62,941 nucleotides of DNA, from assembly GCF_000143415.4 (NCBI RefSeq), contig NW_003314315.1, positions 755,974-818,914 of the forward strand, read 5' to 3'. The position numbers and the translations under genes were made by a program. The stretch is from Selaginella moellendorffii. Its lineage: Eukaryota > Plantae > Lycopodiophyta. Position 1 is the first letter of the stretch, and every line of letters begins with the position of its first letter. The notes below the pieces were generated by a model. That model ran no database searches, was not told where the DNA came from, and saw nothing but the letters and a program-made list of their open reading frames with translations. This document shows, in pieces, positions 11,587 through 24,748 of the stretch.

Positions 11587-13250
11587 TCTTTTGGCACTTG
11601 CAATGTTTTTCTAGAAAGAACAATAGAACTCTTTGCAAGGTAATCATACTATATTCAGAAAGTAATAAACTCCAAAACACCACAAACTTGTAAGTGAGTA
11701 CTCTTTTCTTGATCAATAGTACACAAAATTCTCCTATAGCTTGTTTGTTCATACTCTAGGAAAGCTACCTACATTAACCAGTAGCTAAAGAGAGAAGTAC
11801 CCATAAGAACTACTCATTGCAAGGCCCTAGTCATTGTACACTTTCTTCACCTCCTTGATACAGGCATTGCCTTTTTTGCCATAATTGCTCTTTAGTCTTG
11901 CTTTCTGGCTAGCATCTGCTAGTTCAATAGCTCTTGGATATTTGTTCCAACCTGGACTATTCAATGAGCTTGACATGAAGGACAAAACAGCAAGGAGCCA
12001 ACCTTGCCAATAACGTTAGGATGTTTATAACAATCTAAGAAATCATCTTGCAGGGGCCAATTCCATCAACAACCAAAGGTAATGAACCACAAGGACCTGA
12101 ATTTAAAAATAGGTTCCCATTTGTAGTAGTATTTGTTTCACATATTCAAACTTGGAGTTGTCACTCTTGTCTGAGATATACAAAGCACAATTCTCATATG
12201 ACTTCAATGACTTGGTTTATAATGTCACTCTTGCTTGCCGGAAGATATAAAGAATAAAACACTGTCTTGAACTTCACAATCCTAAGATAGTTGCATAGAC
12301 AAACATTATGGATATTTATGGAATCGAATAAAACTTACATTTCCATCATGTATTTGGACAAATCAACCTTCCTGGCTGGTTTGCAATGTAATCAGATCAA
12401 CACACCTCATCAAAAAGTTCACGGAGATCAAAGTAGTACCACTGACCATGGAAATACTTCCTCAAAATCCTAGGTACATGGTTTGTAAGCAATAATGCAT
12501 TATTCACAGCAATGATACCCACCTAATCACAAAGGAAGACTGTATCATAGCTCATCAATAAAATTCACGTATTGTTGTGTGAATCATCCATTATATCATC
12601 CATTATTAAGAAGTAAGTTTGCAACTATACATGGAAAAGCAAAAGGCAGAAACCAAAACTATTTAGAAATTCTTTACTAATTGATGCAAGAATTTACCCA
12701 TTCAATACACCATCCAAGAGCAAACACTTGTTTGATTTCATCTTGGGAGAGCTCATCTTTGGGCTTGAGTAACACCAAATTGTCAATCATTAAGAGACCT
12801 TGATTTAATTTTCTAAATATTTCTATAATTTTGTCCACTTCTAAAAGAAAAACACACTTCTAAGAGCTTTAAAAACTACTTTTTGTACACCCTATTTGTA
12901 AAATAAGATTGGCATTATTAATTTATATATATCAAACTATTTATCATTTCATATTTTATTTCCTCATAATTATTATCATTTTTTAGAATAGTATGGTAGT
13001 TTCTCCCTCCTTAGGTTCTAGAAAGGATATTGAAAATATAGTAAACATGAATTGCTATGTGATTCACTCCAAACCTACATAAAGAACAAATAAATGGTTA
13101 TAAATACTATGAAAAGAATACCATTTCATTAGTTTCCTCTGTCTTCATCTAGCAAAAGATGTTGAGAGTTAATGAGTGAAAAATATTATGAAAAATTAAT
13201 TCACTTACACTAGGGAGTGGGTTATTCATTAGCTCATCTTTGTCTTGAAT
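11587..13250 (-). pseudogene. FPS: Farnesyl diphosphate synthase pseudogene, copy A (intron-containing)
   Basis: Exon pieces in the expected order: KLNQGL..IDN...[22 protein letters not shown] (first Asp-rich motif), [44 protein letters not shown]|DDFLDC (second Asp-rich motif), LQRVLLFFLEKHCKCQK. Stops and deletions throughout. Confidence 0.88.
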
Positions 13251-15119
13251 AGCCCTTGTGCAACACTTATGCCAATACATCTCCTAAAATGTCTAGTTTT
13301 TGAGAAATAAAATAAAATTTAAATACCTCTTTTTAGTGTTGAGGACATGAAATGCCATCCTAAAAAGAATAAACATTGTAAATAAATAGAACCAATTTAG
13401 GGTTGCTTAATCAGCTTGGTAAGACTTCCAATTGTTCCTAATGCATAGGTAAAGTTGGTAGGAAATCCTGAAAATGCTTTGAGTATTGCCCCTCAAAGTT
13501 TGCGTTGCATTTCTTGGTTATCACTTAAGTTAGTGTGCTTTATTGGCAAGTGGATTCTACAACTATGAGCAACTAATGCTATTGTCTTTGTAGAGTGTTT
13601 TTATTGCCTATGAGCCCACTTTTTGCCGCATACTTGCTCCTCCTTTGGCTTTTCCGCTTCTTCGAGATTTTTTAATGTTTGGATTGCATCCTCTATTCTT
13701 GTTTTGAAGCTCTAAAATGTCCCACTCTCAATCTTCTTGAGGAAGTGTAATGACACTCTAACCACACAAACACTTGTAATGTAATTGTGCAATCCCCCAA
13801 CATAGCCCTTTCAATCTTATTAGGGTCACTATCATTTGTGGAGAAAACATTTATAGCCATCCTTATACAGTTATTTAGTTTACAACATGTTAAAATTGTG
13901 TGGATATTGTAGTGGATGAAATGGTAAATTTTAGCAATATATAATAATATTTCATATGAGAATCCTAAACAAGAAAATACTAAAATCAGAAAAAAAAAAA
14001 AACACCTGTAAACACAACTAATATGTTAGATATGTAAGGTCATAAGTTGGATTTTCTCCATAAACTTTATAGCCTTGGAGAAGAGTAAATGATTCTTACC
14101 TAGCTTAAACAACCAAATATTTTTGGTGGAGGAAACATAATAATAAATGAAAGAAAAGAAAGAAAGTAAAGTGCCTATAACATTTTATATTCTATACTTT
14201 TCTGATGTTGCCTATAAACCCAACACCAAAAAATATTGCAAATTGAACTATTTATCTACTCTACCTCTACTATGAACTCATGAAGTGAGGACTTAGAAAC
14301 TACATGGAAAACTAATTTTATATCTATATCATGGTAGCACTAAAAAAGTCTATTTCACTTCCAATTTTATAAGTATGCTTTGAAAGAATCAATGTTATAC
14401 ATGGCTGAAAAACCATATGCATGGGAGATTGTTACAAAAAAGTGATAAAAAGTAAATAAATTTTTTATATTTTGCCAAACATTATTCTGAGAATAAATGT
14501 GAAAATTAGAAAATAATCAAATCTTTCTGTATAATCAATTTAATCTCAGTTACATTTTTTTTTTAACTTTTATATACCACCATTGGAACCATACCATCTT
14601 TGGTTTGCTTAAGCAAACGGTAGGGGGACTGAAATGGTAGTGAATAAACATAGAATATGCTTGAATATTTTAGAATATTCTACCATCTAACAGTTGTTAT
14701 TTATTTAGATTAATCTTATAATTTATAAACATGTTTATAATTTATAAACTTTCTTAAACACTTTTTAGTATATTCTTTTTTCTTCTACCTGCAATAAGAT
14801 TAATATTGTGTTTTATAAATATGTCTATAATTTTAAATTTTTATTTAATCAATTGGATTAATAAGTAAGAATAATACTACTATTAAACAAAGTAAATATT
14901 GCTACATGCAATGCATAGCAAATTTTTCTGACAGCTACCTGAAACTGATAGAAAAACAAAAAAAAAAACAATGTATGGAAAGAAAACTAGTGTTGTGGTT
15001 AAGCTTGAGCATCTTTAGTAAGGAGATATAGTACTCACTTCCATGACAAAGATAGCCTCCTTGACAGCCTCGAGGGAGATGGCACAGGCTCCTCTGGAGG
15101 CAGCAGAGGAGACTACTAC

Positions 15120-15660
15120 TGTTGACTTCCCAGCCAAGATGAGAGCCAACTGCAAAGATTTCCTGCTCGAGAGCATCCTGAGATGCAAATCTGACTATCC
15201 TCTGGTGAGGCTCAAGGGGGACTTCCAGCAGCACTACACTGGATCACGTGTGGTATGGCTTCAAGAAGCTGGAAACTTTCCTGGACTTTGCTGGAGCTGC
15301 TCATAGGCATTTGGACGGGGTCGGGTGGCCAGAAGCTTCTCCACTTGAAGTAGTTGGAAGATAACGAGATCAAGGGCAAGGACAACATCAAGAACACGTG
15401 CTTCTGTTCTTGACGAGGAGGAGGAGCTTGACGAGGTTGCAATGACTCTGGAACCAGAGGAAGAAAAGAAGAAGAAAGAAAAGGCAATGGTGGATGTGAA
15501 GAAGTGGAAGAAAGCTACCACGGCTAGTGTCCAGGAAACATGGAAAGCCCAGCCTCCCGCAAGCAATGCCAAGGCGCAAGGAGTGAACAAGAGTAGCAGC
15601 AGTGGCAAGCTCAAGATGGGGGGTGGAAAGCTAAGCGTGCAGCTCCCGCCTTGTTTGAGG
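15120..15660 (+). pseudogene. OST-HTH/LOTUS-domain gene fragment, copy B
   Basis: Paralog of 6850-7370: ILRCKSDYPLVRLKGDFQQHY..LDHVWYGFKKLETFL. Confidence 0.5.
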
Positions 15661-16255
15661 CTCTGTTTCACAGAGAATGTGGCTGAGAGTAGCCTCGCTT
15701 TCAAGACCTCCAATCCATATGGTGTGACTTGAGCTGCGAATTTTCGTTAGTACAGTGGACTAACGCTGACTACTATCAGTCAATGCTATCCCATTACTGT
15801 TCTAATGAGCTCATTCTTATGAATCCATTGATGTGCTTATAAAGCTGGTAAATAATTAGTGACTATCGTTGACTTCTATGACTACTATAACCTACTACTT
15901 ACGATAAGAAATGCTATTGAAAGTTTATATTTTTAAAAACAGGAAATTAAATGTCCAAAGTGTTTGTTTGAGACTTGCAATATAATCTCCCAATTCAATA
16001 TCTCTCTGTTGTCTTAATGAAATGAAAAGTTGTTGTCTTGTTGCCTTGTTTGAAACTTGCAAATCATAATCTCCTGATTCAAATGCCTCCAGACTTCTCC
16101 ATCTGTTATAATTTCGATTGAATACCACGGACCTGCCTTTGCCTGTTGCGGTTTTAAAAAACCGAAGTAATTTGTTTCATGAATCTTCATTCTGTGCCTG
16201 CAACCTCAAGCGTATCATCAGTCCAAAACGAGCGAAAAGCGTACCTCCTTTCGCT

Positions 16256-18285
16256 CTAAGCTCCGTCGAGCTCAAGCTTAACCTCCGAGGTGGAAGGCTA
16301 GTTCAAGCAGAAGTTATACTTTAACTCGAGGCATGGAGACTGTTTACCTTGGCATCTGAGTCGTGTACACGAGCAGCCAAATGCGAACCTCCAGAATTGG
16401 CCGAGTGATTTGCCTCAACCACTGGCTTCTCCAGATTCTCCACCTCACGGATCCTAAAAGTGCTCCATTAGTCACTGGTTCTATCTCTCAAGCATGAAGA
16501 CTTACCTGTGGGAGTGCTTGTTGCCAGGCCTCCTCATCCCAAACTCGGTGATCCTTTGCATGTGCTTCTCCATCTCAACTCGCTTCTCCGCTGCTGTCGC
16601 AAGCCGAACAACGAAAGCATCTCCAGGATCGAACACAGTGCCACGATGAGACACTGGATCCAAAGCCTGTTCCTGGGCTCTTCGATCATTGCCGCTCCGA
16701 CGAGCAGCACTCGACAAGAATGGATCCTCCGGGAGAGAAGCTCTTGGCACCTTCTTGTGCTCGTCGACTCCGTGGATCGCTGCTGGTGGATCTCGTCCCA
16801 ATGGCGGCGTCAGGCGGTCGTCAACCGAATCGGTAGCAGCACCATAGATTGGATTCATCTTGAGAAAAGCCGAAGGTGGCAGCCGCCTTGGAGGCCTCGC
16901 GAGTGGAGGACTGGCCACCTTTGTGCTGGGATTTAGCTGCGACGGTCGAAGGTGCTGCTCGCTCCTCTCTTGAACGAAGGAATTGAGCTTGTCCCGGAGC
17001 TCTGCGTCCTCAATCTTGCTCAAGGGAACGAGATACTCTCGCTGACTGCCGCTGCTGCTGCTGCCACCGCCAGGAAGATGGCTGCTCCCGACGTAGCGCA
17101 CCAGGATGTTGTTCGCCTTCTTTCTTCTTCCCTTCACGAGTATCCAGATGCCAGTGATGATGGCCACCATAGCAAGCAGGAAAAGGACGATGCCTGCCAC
17201 AAGCAGCCCCGGTGTCGCAAACGCTGCCGCTGCTGCTGCTGCTGTTGATGATGACGACCCCAGAGGCGGAGCAATAGACAAGGGGCCAGGCGGAGGCGGC
17301 GATGAAAACGTGTGAAAGACAGGCGACCCTGGTTGCCATGTTATCGTGTCATGAGCGGGCCTGGCCACCAAGTGGTTGTCCCAGAAGAAGGTGGCGGCCC
17401 TGTATGCTCCTTTGCTGGTGGAGGTGGCGGCGGCCCAAACCTCCTTGGTCGCCAAGTGGTTGTCCCGGAAGAAGGTGGCGGCCCTGTATGCTGCTTTGCT
17501 GGTGGAGGTGGGTGCTGCTTTGCTCCTCCTCCGTGGCTGTGCTGCTTTGCTGCTCCGTGGCTTGCTGGTGGCGGTGGCGGACTGTGCTGGTGCTGCTTTG
17601 GTGCTCCATGGTTTGTTGGTGGCGGACTGTGCTGGTGCTGCTTTGCTGCTCCGTGGCTTGCTGGTGGAGGTGGCGGACTGTGCTGGTGCTGCTTTGCTGC
17701 TCCATGGCTTGTTGGTGGCGGACTGTGCTGGTGCTGCTTTGCTGCTCCGTCGCTTGCTGGTGGAGGTGGCGGCCTGTGCTGGTGCTTCTTTGCTGCTCCA
17801 TGGCTTGCTGGTGGAGGTGGCGGACTGTGCTGGTGCTTCTGTGCTGCTCCGTGGCTTGCTGGTGGAGGTGGCGGACTGTGCTGGTGCTTCTTTGTTGCTC
17901 CGTGGCTTGTTGGTGGCGGACTGTGCTGGTGCTTCTTTGCTGCTCCATGGCTTGTTGGTGGAGGTGGTGGTGCTCCATGGCTGTCCTGCTTTGCAGGTGG
18001 TGCTCCTCCATGGCTGTGCTGCTTTGCTGCTCCATGGTGTTGCTCTGCTGGTGCTGGTGGAGGTGCCTGACTGTGGGCTCTGCTGTGAGGTGGCGGAGCT
18101 CCTCTCGCCCTCCTTGGCGATGGTTTGGGGGGCGGCATGCTACCTGGAGGTGGCACTCTCGTTTTGGGCGGTGTCGCGCTCCTGTGCCCTGGACGAGGCG
18201 GATGCACGCTCCTGTGCGCAGCTGGAGGCGGCGCCCGACGAGGTGGAGACGACGGCGGCACACTCCGACGGATGATGCTAGCCAT
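16256..18285 (-). pseudogene. His/Pro-rich membrane protein copy B, frameshifted
   Basis: Eight HQH repeat units versus four in copy A. A 1-bp deletion at ~17363 (GGGCCTGG vs GGGCCTTGG) ends the frame at 17341 (314 aa) before the TM helix. The remainder is intact in another frame. Confidence 0.75.
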
Positions 18286-20057
18286 ATTTCTTGCTTACCG
18301 GATTCGCTTCCGAGAAACCTTTTTTTTAGGTCATGAAGGTTTAGTGCATATAAATGATTCTTGTACGGACGCATTATCTGCAGCGCTTTAAAGTTATGAT
18401 GTCCAGTTTTTGCGATCATGATGGAAGCAATATCACTGTTCGGAATCTCTTTCTTTCATTATCACATAATGCTCATTTGGTTCTTCCCCCAAAAAAACCG
18501 GAGCTCGTTGATAAACTCTCAGGCTCAATTCTAGGAGGAAGAGCAAAGATGAGAATGGTCGTTCACCACGATGCAATGCTCCGTGCGTAAGAATTTAATC
18601 AAAATCTCCACTCTGGAAGCTTATGTTGTTTGAAAATTCTTTTCATTGCGTTTTAGGCGTCAAAGATCGTGTATTGTGACCTTATCGACACACACAAAAG
18701 AGAGACAGCCCATAGCAATGGTTTTTATAGTTGAATTTGCTTTGATGGTGATTCTCGGAATCACTCTTCAATGGGCGACATGGATCTGGGGCTAAAGAAA
18801 TTGATGTTTAATATTTGATCATAGACTTAAATTACCACTATATTTATAGCTTCATTTTTGGACTTAAAATTTAGTCGTACTACATATTTTTGGTTTATAA
18901 CTATTATAATTGACTTAAATTTTAGTCACAATTAACTACTAAACATAACGACTATATTTTTTGTTTTATAACCATTATAAATTACTTAAAATTTAGTCAT
19001 AAATTGGAACTGCAAATGTCAACTTAAGAAATTTTTTAATTCTGACTTTAAAGCTAGTAAGAAATAATGACTACTACAAATAACTGCATATTTTAACTTT
19101 TGTGTCTTAAATTGTAGTTACAATATCAATGGAAAGCTTAATGACAAAAATTTAAGTTGTATAGCAAATTAATGCAATAACTTAAAACTAAGTTGGGCTC
19201 GTGTAGTAATGGACGATCTTGTTTGTGTCAGGCACATTTTACAACAATGAGCCAACTGCCTGATTGGGGGAGGATGATGCTGGATCGAAAGGAGTTCCCC
19301 CAATCAGGATCTAGATCACCCAATAGGAGCTTGATGCTTCATACTGGATTGTTGCCAATGTCCAGGCTGCTAAGCCCATGTAAGCTTGATGCTACTGGGA
19401 ATTCATACTCAATTGGGAGTGTCCAGCCCTAACCACCAAGCTTGTGACACATAATCGATGCCAAAATTCTTCCACACATACGCAATCTTGCCATAGACAC
19501 CTTGCTTGATGTTTGTGGAGAAGATGTTGTGGACGTGGAAGAAGGCCTTGGTGAGGGACTTGCTTAACGTTTGGGTTGACAAAGCACAGCATAGGCTGAG
19601 AGGAAGCTAAAGAACCATAGCTGAACACTCACCTGGAACTTGGGGACAGCCATGAATGAGGATGTGAAGCTCCTTCCTGAGCTGTAGGATGACTTTCAAA
19701 GTAAAGGAAACACTTTACTGACAAGCACAAATTCTCACATCATGATGAAACAAGAAGAGCTCAATCAATGACCTATGATAACAAGATAGCTGGAACAAGA
19801 AGTTAGTATGTATATTCCAAAATACCCAATCCTTGTGATGGCCAAAAGTGTCATAATAAAAATTTAGAAGACCTCAAATGAGCAGATATATGCAGCTTTT
19901 GTTGGATTTGATGGGGACACATTTAGCACAAGAAAAGTGAAGAATATTTAGAGCTAAATCATCGTCAATGCTCCACATATGACAATACTAATGATGAAAC
20001 AAAATGACAAACTCATATAATAGTTGGCAGAAACAAGGAGCAGCGAAAGAAGCACTC

Positions 20058-21469
20058 CTTCTTTTGGCACTTGCAATGTTTTTCTAGAAAGAACAATAGA
20101 ACTCTTTGCAAGGTAATCAAACTGTATTCATAAAGTAATAAACTCCAAAACACCTTGTAAGTGAGTACTCTTTTCTTGATTAATAGTACACAAAATTCTT
20201 CTATAGCTTGTTTGTTCATACTCTAGGAAAGCTACCTACATTAACCAGTAGCTAAAGAGAGAAGTACCTAAGCAAAATACTCATTGCAAGGCCCTAGTTA
20301 TTGTACACTTTCTTCACCTCCTTGACATAGGCGTTTTCTTTTTTGCCATAATTGCTCTTTAGTCTTGCTTTCTGGCTAGCATCTGCTAGTTCAATAGCTC
20401 TTGGATATTTGTTCCAACCTGGACAATTCAATGAGCTTGACATGAAGGACAAAACAGCAAAGAACAAACCTTGCCAATAAACGTTAGGATGTTTATAACA
20501 ATCTAAGAAATCATCTTGCAGGGGCCAATTCCATCAACAACCAAAGGTAATGAACAAGGACCTGAATTTAAAAACAGATTCAAACTTGGAGTTGTCACTC
20601 TTGTTTGATATATACAAAGCACAAGCAACATGTATTCTCATATGACTTCAATGACTTGATTTATAATGTCACTCTTGCTTGCCAGAAGATAGAAAGAATA
20701 AAACACTGTCTTGAACTTCACAATCCTGAGATAGTTGCATAGACAAACATTATGGATATTTATGGAATCAAATAAAACTTATATTTCCATCATGTATTTG
20801 GACAAATCAACCTTCCTGGCTGGTTTGCAATGTAATCAGATCAACACACCTCATCAAAAAGTTCACGGAGATCAAAGTAGTACCACTGACTATGGAAATA
20901 CTTCCTTAAAATCTTAGGTACATGGTTTGTAAGCAATAATGCATTATTCACAACAATGATACCCACCTAATCACAAAGGAAGATTGTATCATAGCTCATC
21001 AATAAAATTCATGTACTGTTGTATGAATCATCCATTATATCATCCATTACTAGGAAGTAAACTTGTAGCTTTGCATGGAAAAGCAAAAGGCAGAAACCAA
21101 AACTATTTAGAAATTCTTTACCAATTGATGTAAGAACTTACCCATTCAATACACCATCCAAGAGCAAATGCTTGCTTGATTTCATCCTGGGAGAGCTCAT
21201 CTTTGGACTTGAGTAACACCAAATTGTCAATCACTGAGAGACCTTGATTTAATTTTCTAAACATTTCTATAATTTGTCCACTTCTAAAAGAAAAACACAC
21301 TTCTAAGAGCTCTAAAAACTACCTTTTGTACACCTCTATTTGTAAAATAAGATTGGCATTATTAATCTATATATATCAAACTATTTATCATTTCATATTT
21401 TATTTCCTCATAAATAACTGGAATGATAGTGAATATATGGTAGTTTCTCCCTCCTCAGGTTCTAGAAAG
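20058..21469 (-). pseudogene. FPS: Farnesyl diphosphate synthase pseudogene, copy B (runs into the gap)
   Basis: [38 protein letters not shown] plus downstream pieces paralogous to 11587-13020. Confidence 0.85.
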
Positions 21470-22322
21470 NNNNNNNNNNNNNNNNNNNNNNNNNNNNNNN
21501 NNNNNNNNNNNNNNNNNNNNNNNNNNNNNNNNNNNNNNNNNNNNNNNNNNNNNNNNNNNNNNNNNNNNNNNNNNNNNNNNNNNNNNNNNNNNNNNNNNNN
21601 NNNNNNNNNNNNNNNNNNNNNNNNNNNNNNNNNNNNNNNNNNNNNNNNNNNNNNNNNNNNNNNNNNNNNNNNNNNNNNNNNNNNNNNNNNNNNNNNNNNN
21701 NNNNNNNNNNNNNNNNNNNNNNNNNNNNNNNNNNNNNNNNNNNNNNNNNNNNNNNNNNNNNNNNNNNNNNNNNNNNNNNNNNNNNNNNNNNNNNNNNNNN
21801 NNNNNNNNNNNNNNNNNNNNNNNNNNNNNNNNNNNNNNNNNNNNNNNNNNNNNNNNNNNNNNNNNNNNNNNNNNNNNNNNNNNNNNNNNNNNNNNNNNNN
21901 NNNNNNNNNNNNNNNNNNNNNNNNNNNNNNNNNNNNNNNNNNNNNNNNNNNNNNNNNNNNNNNNNNNNNNNNNNNNNNNNNNNNNNNNNNNNNNNNNNNN
22001 NNNNNNNNNNNNNNNNNNNNNNNNNNNNNNNNNNNNNNNNNNNNNNNNNNNNNNNNNNNNNNNNNNNNNNNNNNNNNNNNNNNNNNNNNNNNNNNNNNNN
22101 NNNNNNNNNNNNNNNNNNNNNNNNNNNNNNNNNNNNNNNNNNNNNNNNNNNNNNNNNNNNNNNNNNNNNNNNNNNNNNNNNNNNNNNNNNNNNNNNNNNN
22201 NNNNNNNNNNNNNNNNNNNNNNNNNNNNNNNNNNNNNNNNNNNNNNNNNNNNNNNNNNNNNNNNNNNNNNNNNNNNNNNNNNNNNNNNNNNNNNNNNNNN
22301 NNNNNNNNNNNNNNNNNNNNNN
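21470..22322. other. Assembly gap (853 N)
   Basis: Run of N. Its size is close to the equivalent unit-A stretch (~13030-13870). Confidence 1.
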
Positions 22323-23609
22323 ATATCCACGCAATTTTGACATGTTGTAAGCTAAATATATTTAGCTTACAACATCTCAAAATTGTGTAAATATTATAGT
22401 GGATGCAATGGTAAATTTTAGCAATATATAATAATATTGCATACGTAAACAACAAAATACTAAAATCAGATTAAAAACACCTGTAAACACAACTAATATG
22501 TTAGATATGTAAGGACACAAGTTGGATTTTCTCCAAAACTTTATAGCCTTAGAGAAGAGTAAATAATCCTTGCCTAGCTTAAATAGCCAAATATGTTTGG
22601 TGGAGTAAACATAATAATAAATGAAAGAAAGGAAAACAAATAAAGTGCCTATAACTTTCTATATTCTATACTTTTCTGATGTTGCTTATAAACTCAACAC
22701 CAAAATATATTGCAAATTGAACTATTTATCTCTTCTACTTCTATCATGAATTCATGAAGTGAGGACTTAGAAACAACATGGAAAACTAATTTTATAACTA
22801 TATCATGGTAGTGCTAAAATTTTTTATTTCAATTCCAATTTTACAAGTATGCTTTGAAAGAATCAATGTTATATATGGCTGAAAAACCATATATGTGGGA
22901 GATTGTTACAAAAAAGTGGTAAAAAGTAAATAAACTTTTTAAAATTTTCATTTATAAAAATCAACTATATTTATGCCAAACATTAATCTGAAAATAAATG
23001 TTAAAATTAGAAAAATAATCAAATATTTTTGTATAAACAATTTATCTCAGTTACTTATATTTTTTAGCTTTTATATACCACTATTGGAACCATACCATTT
23101 TTGGTTTGCTTAAGGGGGACTGGAATGATAGTGAATATACTTAGAATATCCTTGGATATTCTAAGATATTCTACCATCTAATGGTTGTTATTCATTTAGA
23201 TTAATCTTGTATTTATAATTATAAACTTGTTTATAATTTATAAACTTTCTTAAACACTTTTTAGTATATTCTTTTTTATTCTCCCATCTAATGGTTGATA
23301 TGCAATATGATTAATCTTGTGTTTATAAATTATAAATATGTTTATAATTATAATCATTTGGATTAATAAGTAAGAATAATACTACTATTAAGAAAATTAA
23401 ATGTTGCTACATAGCAAATTTGTGTAATAGCTACCTGAAACCTATATAAAAACTAAAAAAAAACCATGTATGGAAAGAAAACTAGTGTTGTGGTTAAGCT
23501 TGAGCATCTTTAGTAAGGAGATATAGTACTCACTTCCACAACAAAGATAGCCTCCTTGACAGCCTCGAGGGAGATGGCACAGGCTCCTCTGGAGGGAGCA
23601 GCCATTGCC

Positions 23610-24130
23610 AAAGGGTACTACTGTCAACTTCCCAGCGAAGATGAGAGCCAACTGAAAAGATTTTCTGCTTGACAACATCCCAAGATGCAAATCTGACTAT
23701 CCTCTGGTGAGGCTCAAGGGGGACTTCCAGGAGCACTTGGTATAGCTTCAAGAAACTTGAAACTTTCCTGGACTTTGCTGGAGCTGCTCATAGGCATCAG
23801 GACGGGGTCGGGCGGCCAGAAGCTTCTCCACTTGAAGGAGTTGGAAGATAACAAGATCAAGGGCAAGGACAACATCAAGAACACGTGCTTCTGTTCTTGA
23901 CGAGGAAGAGGAGCTTGACGAGGTTGCACCAGAGGAAGAAAAGAAGAAGAAAGAAAAGGCAATGGTGGATGTGAAGAAGTGGAAGAAAGCTACCACGGCT
24001 AGTGTCCAGGAAACATGGAAAGCCCAGCCTCCCGCAAGCAATGCCAAGGCGCAAGGAGTGAACAAGAGTAGCAGCAGTGGCAAGCTCAAGATGGGGGGTG
24101 GAAAGCTAAGCGTGCAGCTCCGCCTTGTTT
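23610..24130 (+). pseudogene. OST-HTH/LOTUS-domain gene fragment, copy C
   Basis: Paralog of 6850-7370 with further deletions and a stop. Confidence 0.45.
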
Positions 24131-24748
24131 GAGGCTCTGTTTCACAGAGAATGTGGCTGAGAGTAGCCTCGCTTTCAAGACCTCCAATCCATTATCCATG
24201 ATGGATTGATTGATTATCATGGTGTGACTTGAGCTGCGAATTTTCGTTAGTAGGGTGGACTAACGCTGACTACTATCAGTCAACGCTGCTCATTACTGTT
24301 CTAATGAGCTCATTCTAATGAATTCATTGATGTGCTTATAAAGCTGGTAAAGAAATAGTGACTAACGTTGACTGCTATGACTAGTATAATCTACTACTTA
24401 CGATAAGAAATGTTATTGAAAGTTTATATTTTTAAAAACAGGAAATTAAATGTCCAAAGTGTTTGTTTGAGACTTGCAATATAATCTCCCAATTCAATAT
24501 CTCTCTGTTGTCTTAATGAAAAGTTGTTGTCTTGTTGCCTTGTTTGAGACTTGCAAATCATAATCTCCTAATTCAAATGCCTCCAGACTTCTCCATCTGT
24601 TATAATTTTGATTCAATACCACGGACCTGCCTGTGCCTGTTGCGGTTTAAAAAAACCGAAGTAATTTGTTTCATGAATCTTCATTCTGTGCCTGCAACCT
24701 CAAGCGTATCATCAGTCCAAAACGACCGAAAAGCGTACCTCCTTTCGC

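Noticed and set aside
21326-22455. 290-354 aa ORFs
   Set aside because: Artefacts of translating the N gap.
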